A stretch of 64,000 nt of DNA from a virus: IMG/VR virus record IMGVR_UViG_3300002141_000152, positions 1-64,000 of that record; one strand, 5' to 3'. Within the stretch, counting starts at the first letter, position 1. Every line of letters starts with the position of its first letter. The notes under the pieces are model-generated. The model had not been told where the DNA came from. It did not search any database and saw only the letters and a program-made list of their open reading frames with translations. Made by a program: the position numbers and the translations under genes. Below, piece by piece: positions 9,104-17,661 of the stretch.

Positions 9104-10987
9104 ATGGCTAAACAAAAAGGAATAGAACAAAAATATCAAAAGCTAACAGACATTGAGCATGTATTGCTTCGTCCGGTTATGTATATTGGCTCAATCTCTC
9201 CACACACTGGAGAACAATATCTATTTGATGGAGAGAAAGTGTGGAACGAAGAAGTAACCTACAATCCAGGATTTCTAAAATTATTTGATGAAATTATTTC
9301 AAACTCAGTTGATGAGCATCGCCGTAACCTAAAACTAAATGAAATCAGAGTCACAATTAACAGAGACACAAATACTCTGTCAATTTGGGATAATGGTGGA
9401 ATTCCAGTAGAGAAGCATCCAGTCCATAAAGAGTGGATTCCCGAAATGATTTTCTCTAATCTTAAAGCCGGTTCAAATTTTGATGATACTGAACAGCGAA
9501 CTGTTGCTGGAACAAATGGTGTAGGTTCTACATTAACAAATATCTTCAGTAAAAAGTTTTCAGTTTCAACTTGCGATGGAAAAAACAGATTTGATCAAGA
9601 GTTTACTGATAACATGCACAAGAGAAGTAAGGCAGTAATTACTTCAGCCAAGAGAGGATTTACGGAAATTACATATATCCCTGACCTTGAGCGATTTAAA
9701 ATGAACTCGATCGATACTATCTCGTTTCAAATAATGTTTAAGCGATGCCTAGATGTTGCTGCCTGCAATAATCGACTCACAGTTAAGTTTACAAGCATCT
9801 ATCAAGGTAAGAAGAGCGAACATACTCTTCGTTTTAAGACATTTGAAGAATATATCAAGCTCTACACTCAAGAATTTTTCTATGAAGAGTCAAAAGATTG
9901 GAAAATTGCATTTGCAAAATCAGAAAATGGATTTTGTAATATAAGTTTTGTAAATTCAGTACACACAAAAGATGGCGGAACTCACGTAGAGTATATTGTT
10001 AATCAATTAATTGCGCAATTACGTGAAATGATTAAGAAGAAGCACCGAGTTGAAGTCAAACCGAGTGATATTCGTAATTACTTGTCACTATTTATTGACT
10101 GTACAGTAATGAACCCTGCATTTAGTTCTCAAACCAAAGAGAAACTAATAACTGAACAGAAAGAGTTTGCAACTCGACATGAACTTACTGAAAAGTTAGC
10201 AAAAACAATATTCAAATCTGAAATAATAGCTTCAGTACTTGATTGGATTGAGAAAAAAGCGCTAGCGCAGGAACGTGCTGAACTTAGAAAGCTAAATAGT
10301 GCTCTAGACAAGACAAAAATATTAAAATTAATTGATGCTCAACGTAAAGGCGATCGCGGAATCTGTATTTTAGGTATTTATGAAGGACTAAGTGCAATTT
10401 CAGCAGTACGTCAGTTCAGAGACACTCAAACAATCGGTGCATTTCCACTTAAAGGTAAATTTATCAATGTAAGTGAGATGAAAAGCTCTGAAATTATCAA
10501 AAATGATGAAGCTGTGCAGCTAATGGCGTCACTTGGTCTAAAACTTGGTGAAGAACCTAAAGGATTACGGTATGGTAGGGTTTATATCTACACAGATGCT
10601 GATCCAGACGGAAACCATATCGCCGCTTCCTTAATTAATTTCTTCAATCGATTCTGGCCAGAATTATTTGACCAAGGTAGGATCTATAAAGTGATGACTC
10701 CACTAGTTGTCGCTAAAAAAGGCAAAGATTCGCTTAGTTTTTATACAAATGACGAATTTGATAAGTGGCAGACTAGGAATAAAGTCGCTGGATGGAATGT
10801 CGAGTATAAGAAAGGACTTGCCGCATTGGAATCGGCAGAATATTCAGAAATAATTAGAAATCCAAAGTTAGTACAAATTAAAAATGACATACATTACAAA
10901 GAATCTTTAGATGCATGGTTCGGGTCTGACTCGGCTCCTAGAAAAGAAAGAATACTTAACTTAAACAAGGACTCGCTAGATAAATAA
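9104..10987 (+). CDS. Type IIA DNA topoisomerase large subunit (T4 gp39+gp60 fused, ATPase+TOPRIM)
   Basis: EIISNSVDE, DNGGIP, GTNGVG, EGLSA, PLKGK, DADPDG, YKKGLA. Confidence 0.95.
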   Translation: MAKQKGIEQKYQKLTDIEHVLLRPVMYIGSISPHTGEQYLFDGEKVWNEEVTYNPGFLKLFDEIISNSVDEHRRNLKLNEIRVTINRDTNTLSIWDNGGIPVEKHPVHKEWIPEMIFSNLKAGSNFDDTEQRTVAGTNGVGSTLTNIFSKKFSVSTCDGKNRFDQEFTDNMHKRSKAVITSAKRGFTEITYIPDLERFKMNSIDTISFQIMFKRCLDVAACNNRLTVKFTSIYQGKKSEHTLRFKTFEEYIKLYTQEFFYEESKDWKIAFAKSENGFCNISFVNSVHTKDGGTHVEYIVNQLIAQLREMIKKKHRVEVKPSDIRNYLSLFIDCTVMNPAFSSQTKEKLITEQKEFATRHELTEKLAKTIFKSEIIASVLDWIEKKALAQERAELRKLNSALDKTKILKLIDAQRKGDRGICILGIYEGLSAISAVRQFRDTQTIGAFPLKGKFINVSEMKSSEIIKNDEAVQLMASLGLKLGEEPKGLRYGRVYIYTDADPDGNHIAASLINFFNRFWPELFDQGRIYKVMTPLVVAKKGKDSLSFYTNDEFDKWQTRNKVAGWNVEYKKGLAALESAEYSEIIRNPKLVQIKNDIHYKESLDAWFGSDSAPRKERILNLNKDSLDK

Positions 10988-10998
10988 TAATAAACATA

Positions 10999-11772
10999 AT
11001 GCCGCAAAGCCCTAAACGAGTACGAGGAAAGCCGTTAACTAACGATATAATTTTAGAAAGATTTAAAGCTGTTCATGGTGAAATTTATGATTATTCAAAA
11101 GTCATTTTTAAAACAAATAATGATCCAGTAATTATTATTTGTACCCGCCATGGAGAATATTTATGTTCGCCTAAACGCCATAGTTTAGGAAGTAGATGTC
11201 GTAAATGTTATTTAGAAGATGTAAATGGAAAGTTTATGCAAAAGCCTGAGTATAGACAATGGGCAAGTGAAAATATGAAAAAGCCATCAACTCAACTAAA
11301 ATTAAAATCCGGAATGAATAAAAAATATGGAGTAGATAATGCATCACAAGTAGAACAAGTACGAATTAAAAAAAAGAAAATATTTCTATCTAGATATGGT
11401 GTAGATCATCCGTTTAAAATAGATATTGAAGCCAGAATTAAAAAAACAAAGGATACTCGGATTTTAATAGGAACACAGATTTCAGATGAAAACCACAAAC
11501 CATTTCTTTTATATAAAAGAGAAGTATGGAAACATACATATTTTTCAATAGGCTATTATGATGCATACTGGTTATTGGAAAATAGATCACGGTCTGGAAA
11601 TCACATCGATCATATATACTCTATACATGAAGGATTTATTAATACTATTCCTACGAAAATTATAGGATCTATAATTAATTTACAATCACTTCCATCTAAA
11701 GAAAATAGAAGTAAAGGTACAGTATGTTGGATAACAAAAGACGAATTATGTGAACAGTATAATAATTTATAA
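10999..11772 (+). mobile_element. Free-standing HNH-type homing endonuclease-like gene
   Basis: YDYSKV/C..HG..C..C N-terminal module, KYGVDN repeats, HIDHIYS...NLQ.L...EN.SK C-terminal nuclease; inserted between the topoisomerase subunit genes. Confidence 0.75.
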
Positions 11773-11819
11773 GAATTTTAAATAAGCCTAAAAATATCGA
11801 AAGTTAATAAAATATAAAT

Positions 11820-12131
11820 ATGAGCATACATAAAATTGAATACGGGGACGGCTGTTATGGGCCAATTGTATCTATTGACGGAGAATCTCTACATCTTGAT
11901 GAATATGATACTAGAACGGCTGATGCTGTTGATAAAATCAAACTTGATGTTGTGTCTGAGCTTTCTAAAATACATGCTTCACTAGATCAGCGAGATTGGT
12001 TAGCGATCCTTGAAATAATTACTTCACGTGGTGCTTGGAAAGTTAATGAGGCAGTTCAAAAGGAACCTTCTACTTGCGAACAGTGTGGTAATTATAATTG
12101 GATGCATACATTTAATAAATCAGAAGAATAA
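11820..12131 (+). CDS. Hypothetical protein with C-terminal CxxC
   Basis: ORF track; CEQCG. Confidence 0.6.
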   Translation: MSIHKIEYGDGCYGPIVSIDGESLHLDEYDTRTADAVDKIKLDVVSELSKIHASLDQRDWLAILEIITSRGAWKVNEAVQKEPSTCEQCGNYNWMHTFNKSEE

Positions 12132-12676
12132 TGGCAAATAATACCGAAATAAAAACAGTGACTCAATATCTTGATCAAGATTATCGAGAGTACGCAGTCT
12201 ATGTTGTAGAAGAACGTGCAATTCCATCCGTAATTGATGGATTTAAACCGACTCAACGTAAAGTAATCTTTGTTGCAGACAGGGTTTGGCGAAACGGTAG
12301 CGAAAAACCGCTTAAAATATTTCAACTTGCCGGTAAAGTTGCAGCTGATGCACACTATCATCATGGCGATTGTCTTGATCCAGACACCGAAATACTTTTA
12401 AGTGATGGAGCATACATTACACTCCAAGACTGGTTTGATAAATATAAAAATGTTAAACTTAAGGTTGTTGCATATGATGAATCTTCTTCAAAATTTGTAG
12501 AAGCAATTGGCCACTCTCCTAGAATTGGACAAATTACTGATGTTGAATATGAAATTCAAATGGAAAATGGAAGTATTTTCAAATGTACAGGCAATCATCC
12601 TTTCTTGACTGCCAGGGGATGGATCGAAGCTAAAGATTTAAAAGAAGATGACGATATTTTAAATTTAAAATCATAA
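12131..12676 (+). CDS. Topoisomerase II small subunit (gp52/GyrA-like) N-terminal 80 aa fused to split intein N-part
   Basis: RAIPSVIDGFKPTQRK...YHHGD followed by intein block A CLDPDTEILLSDG and block B CTGNHPFLT..GW..AKDL. Confidence 0.95.
   Translation: MANNTEIKTVTQYLDQDYREYAVYVVEERAIPSVIDGFKPTQRKVIFVADRVWRNGSEKPLKIFQLAGKVAADAHYHHGDCLDPDTEILLSDGAYITLQDWFDKYKNVKLKVVAYDESSSKFVEAIGHSPRIGQITDVEYEIQMENGSIFKCTGNHPFLTARGWIEAKDLKEDDDILNLKS
12371..12673 (+). mobile_element. Split intein N-fragment (IntN, 101 aa)
   Basis: Starts at Cys codon 12371; Hint-domain blocks A and B; ends at stop codon. Confidence 0.93.
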
Positions 12677-12727
12677 TTTATCTCCATGGTGATATTTAGC
12701 GTAATAAATAAAATAAAGCGCGAAGTT

Positions 12728-13660
12728 ATGAATACTTGTAAATTGTGTAAAAGTAGTTTTGTGAATAGTAAATATCTAAATATAAAAAAAATAAAGGAAG
12801 ATCCTATCCGATATTTAGAAACCTGTCAAGATTGCAGAAAAATACGAAATTGTGAAAATTGTAAAACCCAATTTAAACACCATCAAAATAGAACATGTTC
12901 AATAAATTGTGCTAAAGAATTAACTCAAAAAACTCTTATTCAAACTCAAGGAGCAATTCATAATTTCTGCAAGGACTCATTATCTAGGCAAAATTTTGAA
13001 AATAGGATGGTTGAGATGCATGGTGTGTCTAATGTTTTTCAAAGGAGTGACGTTAAAGAGTCAATAAAGAAAACTATACTGAGTCGATATTCAGTAGATA
13101 ATATATCAAAATGCGAAATAATAAAAAATAAAAAAAGAAAAACTCTAACTAAAACGCTAATCGATAATCCAGAAATATTAAAAAATAAATGGTGGATTAA
13201 ACATAATGAATTTATTAATACGTTAGGATATGACCCACGATTAGGAATATTTGGAAAGGCGTCATTTGAGTCATTAAAGGTTTTTGAACCAATTGTTCAA
13301 TTTTGTAAAGATCAAAATATTTTAGATTTGGACATATATATCGGTATTGATGAAAAGTCTGAATTTTTCATTAGTTCAAATAAAAAAATATATTTTTATG
13401 ATTTATGTATTAGATCTAAAAAAATAATAATTGAGTTCCATGGAGTAGGTTTTCATGCAAACCCAAATTGGGACCTTGCTAAATTAAATGAATGGCGATC
13501 GGCTTTCACTGGAGAAACCAGCAAAGAAAATATAAGAAAGACTACACTTAAAAATAATTCCGCTCTTAGAAAAGGCTTTAAACTATTGGAAATTTGGAGT
13601 GATGTTCCTCCGGAAGAAAATATCAAACTTTGTAAAAAATTTATAATTAATAATCTTTAA
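12728..13660 (+). mobile_element. Free-standing endonuclease (Vsr/PD-(D/E)XK-like) between the split intein halves (probable start 12728)
   Basis: Cys-rich N-terminus, HGVSNVFQ/YSVDNISK repeats, FYDL.I...IIIEFHG..FH, GFKLLEIW; ATAAATA motif at 12704. Confidence 0.8.
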
Positions 13661-13661
13661 T

Positions 13662-13781
13662 ATGAAAATTAAGTCAATAAAAATAAATAAATTAACCGCT
13701 CCAAAAAAATATTATGATATTACAGTTGATACGCATCATAACTTTGTAATAGGATCTTCTGCAAAGATTGTAACTCATAAT
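13662..13781 (+). mobile_element. Split intein C-fragment (IntC, 40 aa)
   Basis: Block F YDITV..HNF and block G THN followed by Ser+1. Confidence 0.93.
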
Positions 13782-14906
13782 TCATCATTGAGTGGTGCAA
13801 TTATTGGAATGGCTCAGAAATTTAAAAATTCAATGCCAGTTCTCGAAGAAATAGGACAGTTTGGTTCTCTTCGTTCTCCTGAAGCTGGTGCACCTAGATA
13901 TATCTCTACTAAACTACATAAGAACTTTAGATTGTTATATATGGATTTTGATCTACTTACTTCACGATATGAAGAGGGTAATGAAATTGAACCTCAATTT
14001 TTCTTACCTATTATTCCAACTGTGCTCTTAAATGGCGGTAGTGGAATTGCTGTAGGTTTTGCAACAAATATCTTAAATCGTAATCCGCTTGATCTAATTG
14101 ATGCCTGTATCAAAGAATTAGATGGAAAGAAATATAGTGAACCCGCTCCATGGTACTATGGATTTAGTGGCAGCTGTACACAGGACCCAGAAAATCACCT
14201 GGCCTGGGCATTTAGAGGTAAATATGAAATTAAAAATACTTCTACTATAGACATAAGTGAACTACCACCATCTGCTACATATGAAAAGTTTGATTTATTA
14301 CTTAGCACATTAGAAGATACTCGACGTCTTGCCAGCTATGACAATAATTGTCGATCCAATATCAATTACGTTCTTAAATTTAGACGTGAAGATCTTAAAT
14401 TATTAATTGATTCTAATAGATTAGACCGAACTTTAAAAATGGAAGAAAGACAGTCTGAAAATTTTACAGTACTTGATGAAAATGGTAATCTTAAGATTTT
14501 TAATAGTGTAACTGAGATAATTCAATATTTTGTCAAATTTAGATTGGCGTATTATATCAAGCGTAAGGAGTTTCTAATTAATCGATTGACGCACGAGATG
14601 ATGGTGCTTACAAATAAAGCGGAATTTATTAAGGCAATCATTAGCGGTAAATTAAAGATTAATAATGTACCTAAAAAAGAGATTATCCTGTTTCTCCAAG
14701 TTGCTAATTTTGAAGAAATAAATGGTTCATATTCATATCTTCTCGCAATGCCAATTCATACCCTAACCAAAGAGACATATGAAGATTTATTGGGTGATTG
14801 CTTTGCTAAAGAGAAAGAATTAGAAGAAATCAAGAAGCGGGAACATACTCAAATGTACAGAGAAGATCTTCAGGAACTTCGTAAAGCTTTAGTTAAAACA
14901 TATTAA
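13662..14906 (+). CDS. Split intein C-part fused to topoisomerase II small subunit C-terminal 374 aa
   Basis: MKIKSIK...YYDITVDTHHNF...VTHN|S then GQFGS, APRYI (catalytic Tyr), LLNGGSGIAVGFATNI. Confidence 0.95.
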   Translation: MKIKSIKINKLTAPKKYYDITVDTHHNFVIGSSAKIVTHNSSLSGAIIGMAQKFKNSMPVLEEIGQFGSLRSPEAGAPRYISTKLHKNFRLLYMDFDLLTSRYEEGNEIEPQFFLPIIPTVLLNGGSGIAVGFATNILNRNPLDLIDACIKELDGKKYSEPAPWYYGFSGSCTQDPENHLAWAFRGKYEIKNTSTIDISELPPSATYEKFDLLLSTLEDTRRLASYDNNCRSNINYVLKFRREDLKLLIDSNRLDRTLKMEERQSENFTVLDENGNLKIFNSVTEIIQYFVKFRLAYYIKRKEFLINRLTHEMMVLTNKAEFIKAIISGKLKINNVPKKEIILFLQVANFEEINGSYSYLLAMPIHTLTKETYEDLLGDCFAKEKELEEIKKREHTQMYREDLQELRKALVKTY

Positions 14907-14998
14907 CGATTTACGATACCTGCATAAAAATAATTACTACATAATATACACTTAACCTCGACTATTTAGTATAATAATTATCTAAAAACAAATAACAT

Positions 14999-15244
14999 AT
15001 GGCAGAATTTTCAAAACAATACTGTGACCTACACGATGAATTTATACCCGATTTTGATATCGTTGAAATTGCAGATGGATTACAACCCGAACACTACACC
15101 ACAATTATCTGTGAAGGATTTGGCTTTACTGCAATCGCAAAAGATGCAGATGGTAATATTCTCTTGGCTATGCCGACTGGTGCCGAGGCAAATGATGATG
15201 GAATTGAAGTTACTTGGAAAAAATATGAAGAAGTAGTAAAATAA
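14999..15244 (+). CDS. Small acidic hypothetical protein
   Basis: ORF track; upstream ACAC-N18-TATAAT and A-rich leader. Confidence 0.65.
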   Translation: MAEFSKQYCDLHDEFIPDFDIVEIADGLQPEHYTTIICEGFGFTAIAKDADGNILLAMPTGAEANDDGIEVTWKKYEEVVK

Positions 15245-15305
15245 AAAATATGCCAATTGCGCAATCTCTAAAAGAGAAAACAAAGTTACTATATTCTAAT
15301 CTTTT

Positions 15306-15521
15306 TTATTGAAAATACCTTTCGATTCTTTGACTTAACCTTACTCGAGGATCGTCGTTAGTTCGGCCTAACTCTTCGTATTTTAAGATAAAACCAAAAC
15401 TTAAAAATATTCTGCGTGATTTAAAAGGATCTGTCCAGTGTTTGTACAGGGCCTGCTCCTCGATCTGCTTTCTAATTGCTAATTGTTCTGGGCTCTCTGA
15501 ACCCCAATTGATAAATGACAT
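15306..15521 (-). CDS. Small hypothetical protein (possibly a remnant)
   Basis: ORF track; directly downstream of the ferritin-like gene. Confidence 0.4.
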   Translation of the reverse strand: MSFINWGSESPEQLAIRKQIEEQALYKHWTDPFKSRRIFLSFGFILKYEELGRTNDDPRVRLSQRIERYFQ

Positions 15522-15530
15522 TTAGGTTAG

Positions 15531-15899
15531 TTATTTTAATGTTAATAGATATTTAAGCTTGTTAAGTTCACCAAGCATCTCGTCCCTGAGGTTTAATAGA
15601 TCGCTGTCTCGTTGTTCGTTTAATTTGTTATTAAAGGACAATAGGAACTCAGTAAGAGTTTCAAGATAGGTTCCCATGTTAACCTCGCCAATATTACTTA
15701 ACTGAATAGAATCTTCTTCTCCTTCAAGAGCAACTCTTCCGTATTTTCCCATGTATATTTCCATGAAACGGTCGGTTAACCCATCGAATTCTTCATAGAT
15801 ACTACCAAATGCTTGGTGTTTAGCATATGAGCCTGTTTGCCAGTGAAATACTTTAAACTGAGCTTGAATTCCTAAAAAAGTTGACGTAATTGTTGCCAT
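15531..15899 (-). CDS. Ferritin/Dps-like four-helix protein
   Basis: HWQT..YAKH.A...YE.....D.F.E pattern; late motif at 15913-15924. Confidence 0.75.
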   Translation of the reverse strand: MATITSTFLGIQAQFKVFHWQTGSYAKHQAFGSIYEEFDGLTDRFMEIYMGKYGRVALEGEEDSIQLSNIGEVNMGTYLETLTEFLLSFNNKLNEQRDSDLLNLRDEMLGELNKLKYLLTLK

Positions 15900-15933
15900 T
15901 AATTAAATGTTTTTATTATTTATCTCCTTAAAC

Positions 15934-15961
15934 AAAAAAAGAGGATCCGAAGATCCTCTTT
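15934..15961 (-). terminator. Intrinsic terminator after the major capsid gene (cUUCGg loop)
   Basis: Minus strand gaggatc-ttcg-gatcctc-ttttttt. Confidence 0.92.
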
Positions 15962-15982
15962 CTAAACTATATACTAATTTAA

Positions 15983-17629
15983 TTAGCTTAAGTTGTTTGG
16001 TGCAACACTACCAGTAAGAACTCCAACGTCACCGATGATGTTCATGCTTAAGTATTGAGTTTCAGGATGCCATCCAGCTTCTGTGATAGCATAACGAGAC
16101 TTCATACCAATTTTTGGAGAGAATGTTCCCTCTGAAATTGTTTGAAGTGACTCAGCCATGATATACGGCATGAATTTTACTCCTGGCTCTTCGTCAGCAC
16201 CTTTACGTCCAAGCGTAATACGTGTATCTCCCCAACGTAAGTTAGGATCTACATAAACTTGAACTCCGTAAACTTTACCAGCTGGGTAAAGGTTACCTGC
16301 AGTTCCAGCCATATCAGTTGGAACTTGAGCGATTGAATAACCAGCTACATCAGCAAGTGCAGATGCAATACGACCATTTGTTACAATGAAAGTAGCAGCA
16401 CCAAAACGACCTCTGTGGTAGATTAAGTTAGCAAGCTCAAGAATTTTTGTTACTAAACGACGTTGTAATGTAGAAACGTTTTCGAATCCACCTGTACCGC
16501 CATTAAGATCTAAATCAGTGATTCCAGCACCTTCTACCAAACCAACTTCAGTTGTGTGAGCGTCTCCCATTGTGAAGATACGATCAGTTATACGTTTGTT
16601 GATTGATTGAGCGATGTCGTTAACTGCAACATTCTCTAACATAGAGATAACGTCGTAGTTCCATACACGGTTTAAATCTTGGATTTGCTCTACAGTTGCA
16701 GAGATAGAAACTTGGTCACCTTCTGCTTCTACGAACTTAGTGAACATTCTAAGACCCATTTGACGGAATTTAGATTGTTCAGCTACATCTCTCTTCATTG
16801 ATCCCGGTACCGATCCAGTTGATGGAAGGAATGGGCCATTAAATGCTGTTCCAGCATAAGCAGCATCAGATACTGAAGTGAAACCAGAAATATGGTTTTC
16901 AAGTGCAGATACTAATTGTACTTGTGTATCTGCAAGTACAACTGCTCCAACTGTTAAAATACCACCGATATCGGTAATAGTTCCAACTAGGTCAGAAGCA
17001 ACAGATGTTGTAGCACCGTCAGTTAATACTCTTAAGATAAGATTACCATCTACTCTTGAATATCCTACGAAATCATAACCTGCAGTTTCAGCAGTGTGGT
17101 TTAATACATCTCCTGGAGTTAAGTCTCCTGCGAAATCATTTGCAGTTACACCAGTGATTTTAACCATAAATGGTTCGAATTCGCTGTCTAGTCTACCACC
17201 AGTATAAAGATAATCTAAATACGGAAGGAATCCTACTGGAGAATCCATTGGGATAACTGGAACTAAGTCAAATCCAATTGTCTTAGCTGCAACTTGAATA
17301 GCTACAGGAAGCAATGATGGAAATTTATCACCAGAACCGTTTGCATCTGGTGCAAAACTGTTTTTTGATCCATTAGTGAATGGAGTCATCGCATTAGATG
17401 GTGCTTGTGCTGCTCCCATATAACCGCCTAAAGAAGCTGGTTGTTGGAAGAATAAGCCTGGAGCTTGTTCAAATAAAGGAGTTGCATTATCGAAGATTGC
17501 ATGGTTGTGAGCGTATTCCGCTAACCATGGTGTTCTAGTCATATCTGCACCATATCCTTCAAGAACAGGTTTCCAAGTTGATGCTAAGCGAGCATCGCTT
17601 GAGCGTTTGAAAATTTTTGTACGTGCCAT
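15983..17629 (-). CDS. Major capsid protein (T4 gp23-like)
   Basis: W.PVLEG, DLVPVIPMDSPVG, EQIQDL, VYVDP, FMPYI, F.PKIGMKSRY motifs; strong codon bias; strong terminator. Confidence 0.93.
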   Translation of the reverse strand: MARTKIFKRSSDARLASTWKPVLEGYGADMTRTPWLAEYAHNHAIFDNATPLFEQAPGLFFQQPASLGGYMGAAQAPSNAMTPFTNGSKNSFAPDANGSGDKFPSLLPVAIQVAAKTIGFDLVPVIPMDSPVGFLPYLDYLYTGGRLDSEFEPFMVKITGVTANDFAGDLTPGDVLNHTAETAGYDFVGYSRVDGNLILRVLTDGATTSVASDLVGTITDIGGILTVGAVVLADTQVQLVSALENHISGFTSVSDAAYAGTAFNGPFLPSTGSVPGSMKRDVAEQSKFRQMGLRMFTKFVEAEGDQVSISATVEQIQDLNRVWNYDVISMLENVAVNDIAQSINKRITDRIFTMGDAHTTEVGLVEGAGITDLDLNGGTGGFENVSTLQRRLVTKILELANLIYHRGRFGAATFIVTNGRIASALADVAGYSIAQVPTDMAGTAGNLYPAGKVYGVQVYVDPNLRWGDTRITLGRKGADEEPGVKFMPYIMAESLQTISEGTFSPKIGMKSRYAITEAGWHPETQYLSMNIIGDVGVLTGSVAPNNLS

Positions 17630-17661
17630 TGTGTTAAATTGATTTTTTTTTGAATTATTGA

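Noticed and set aside
12677-13661. Group I intron interrupting the topoisomerase gene
   Set aside because: Non-coding flanks are only about 50 nt and 1 nt, too short for a ribozyme core; the flanking ORFs carry complete intein motifs instead
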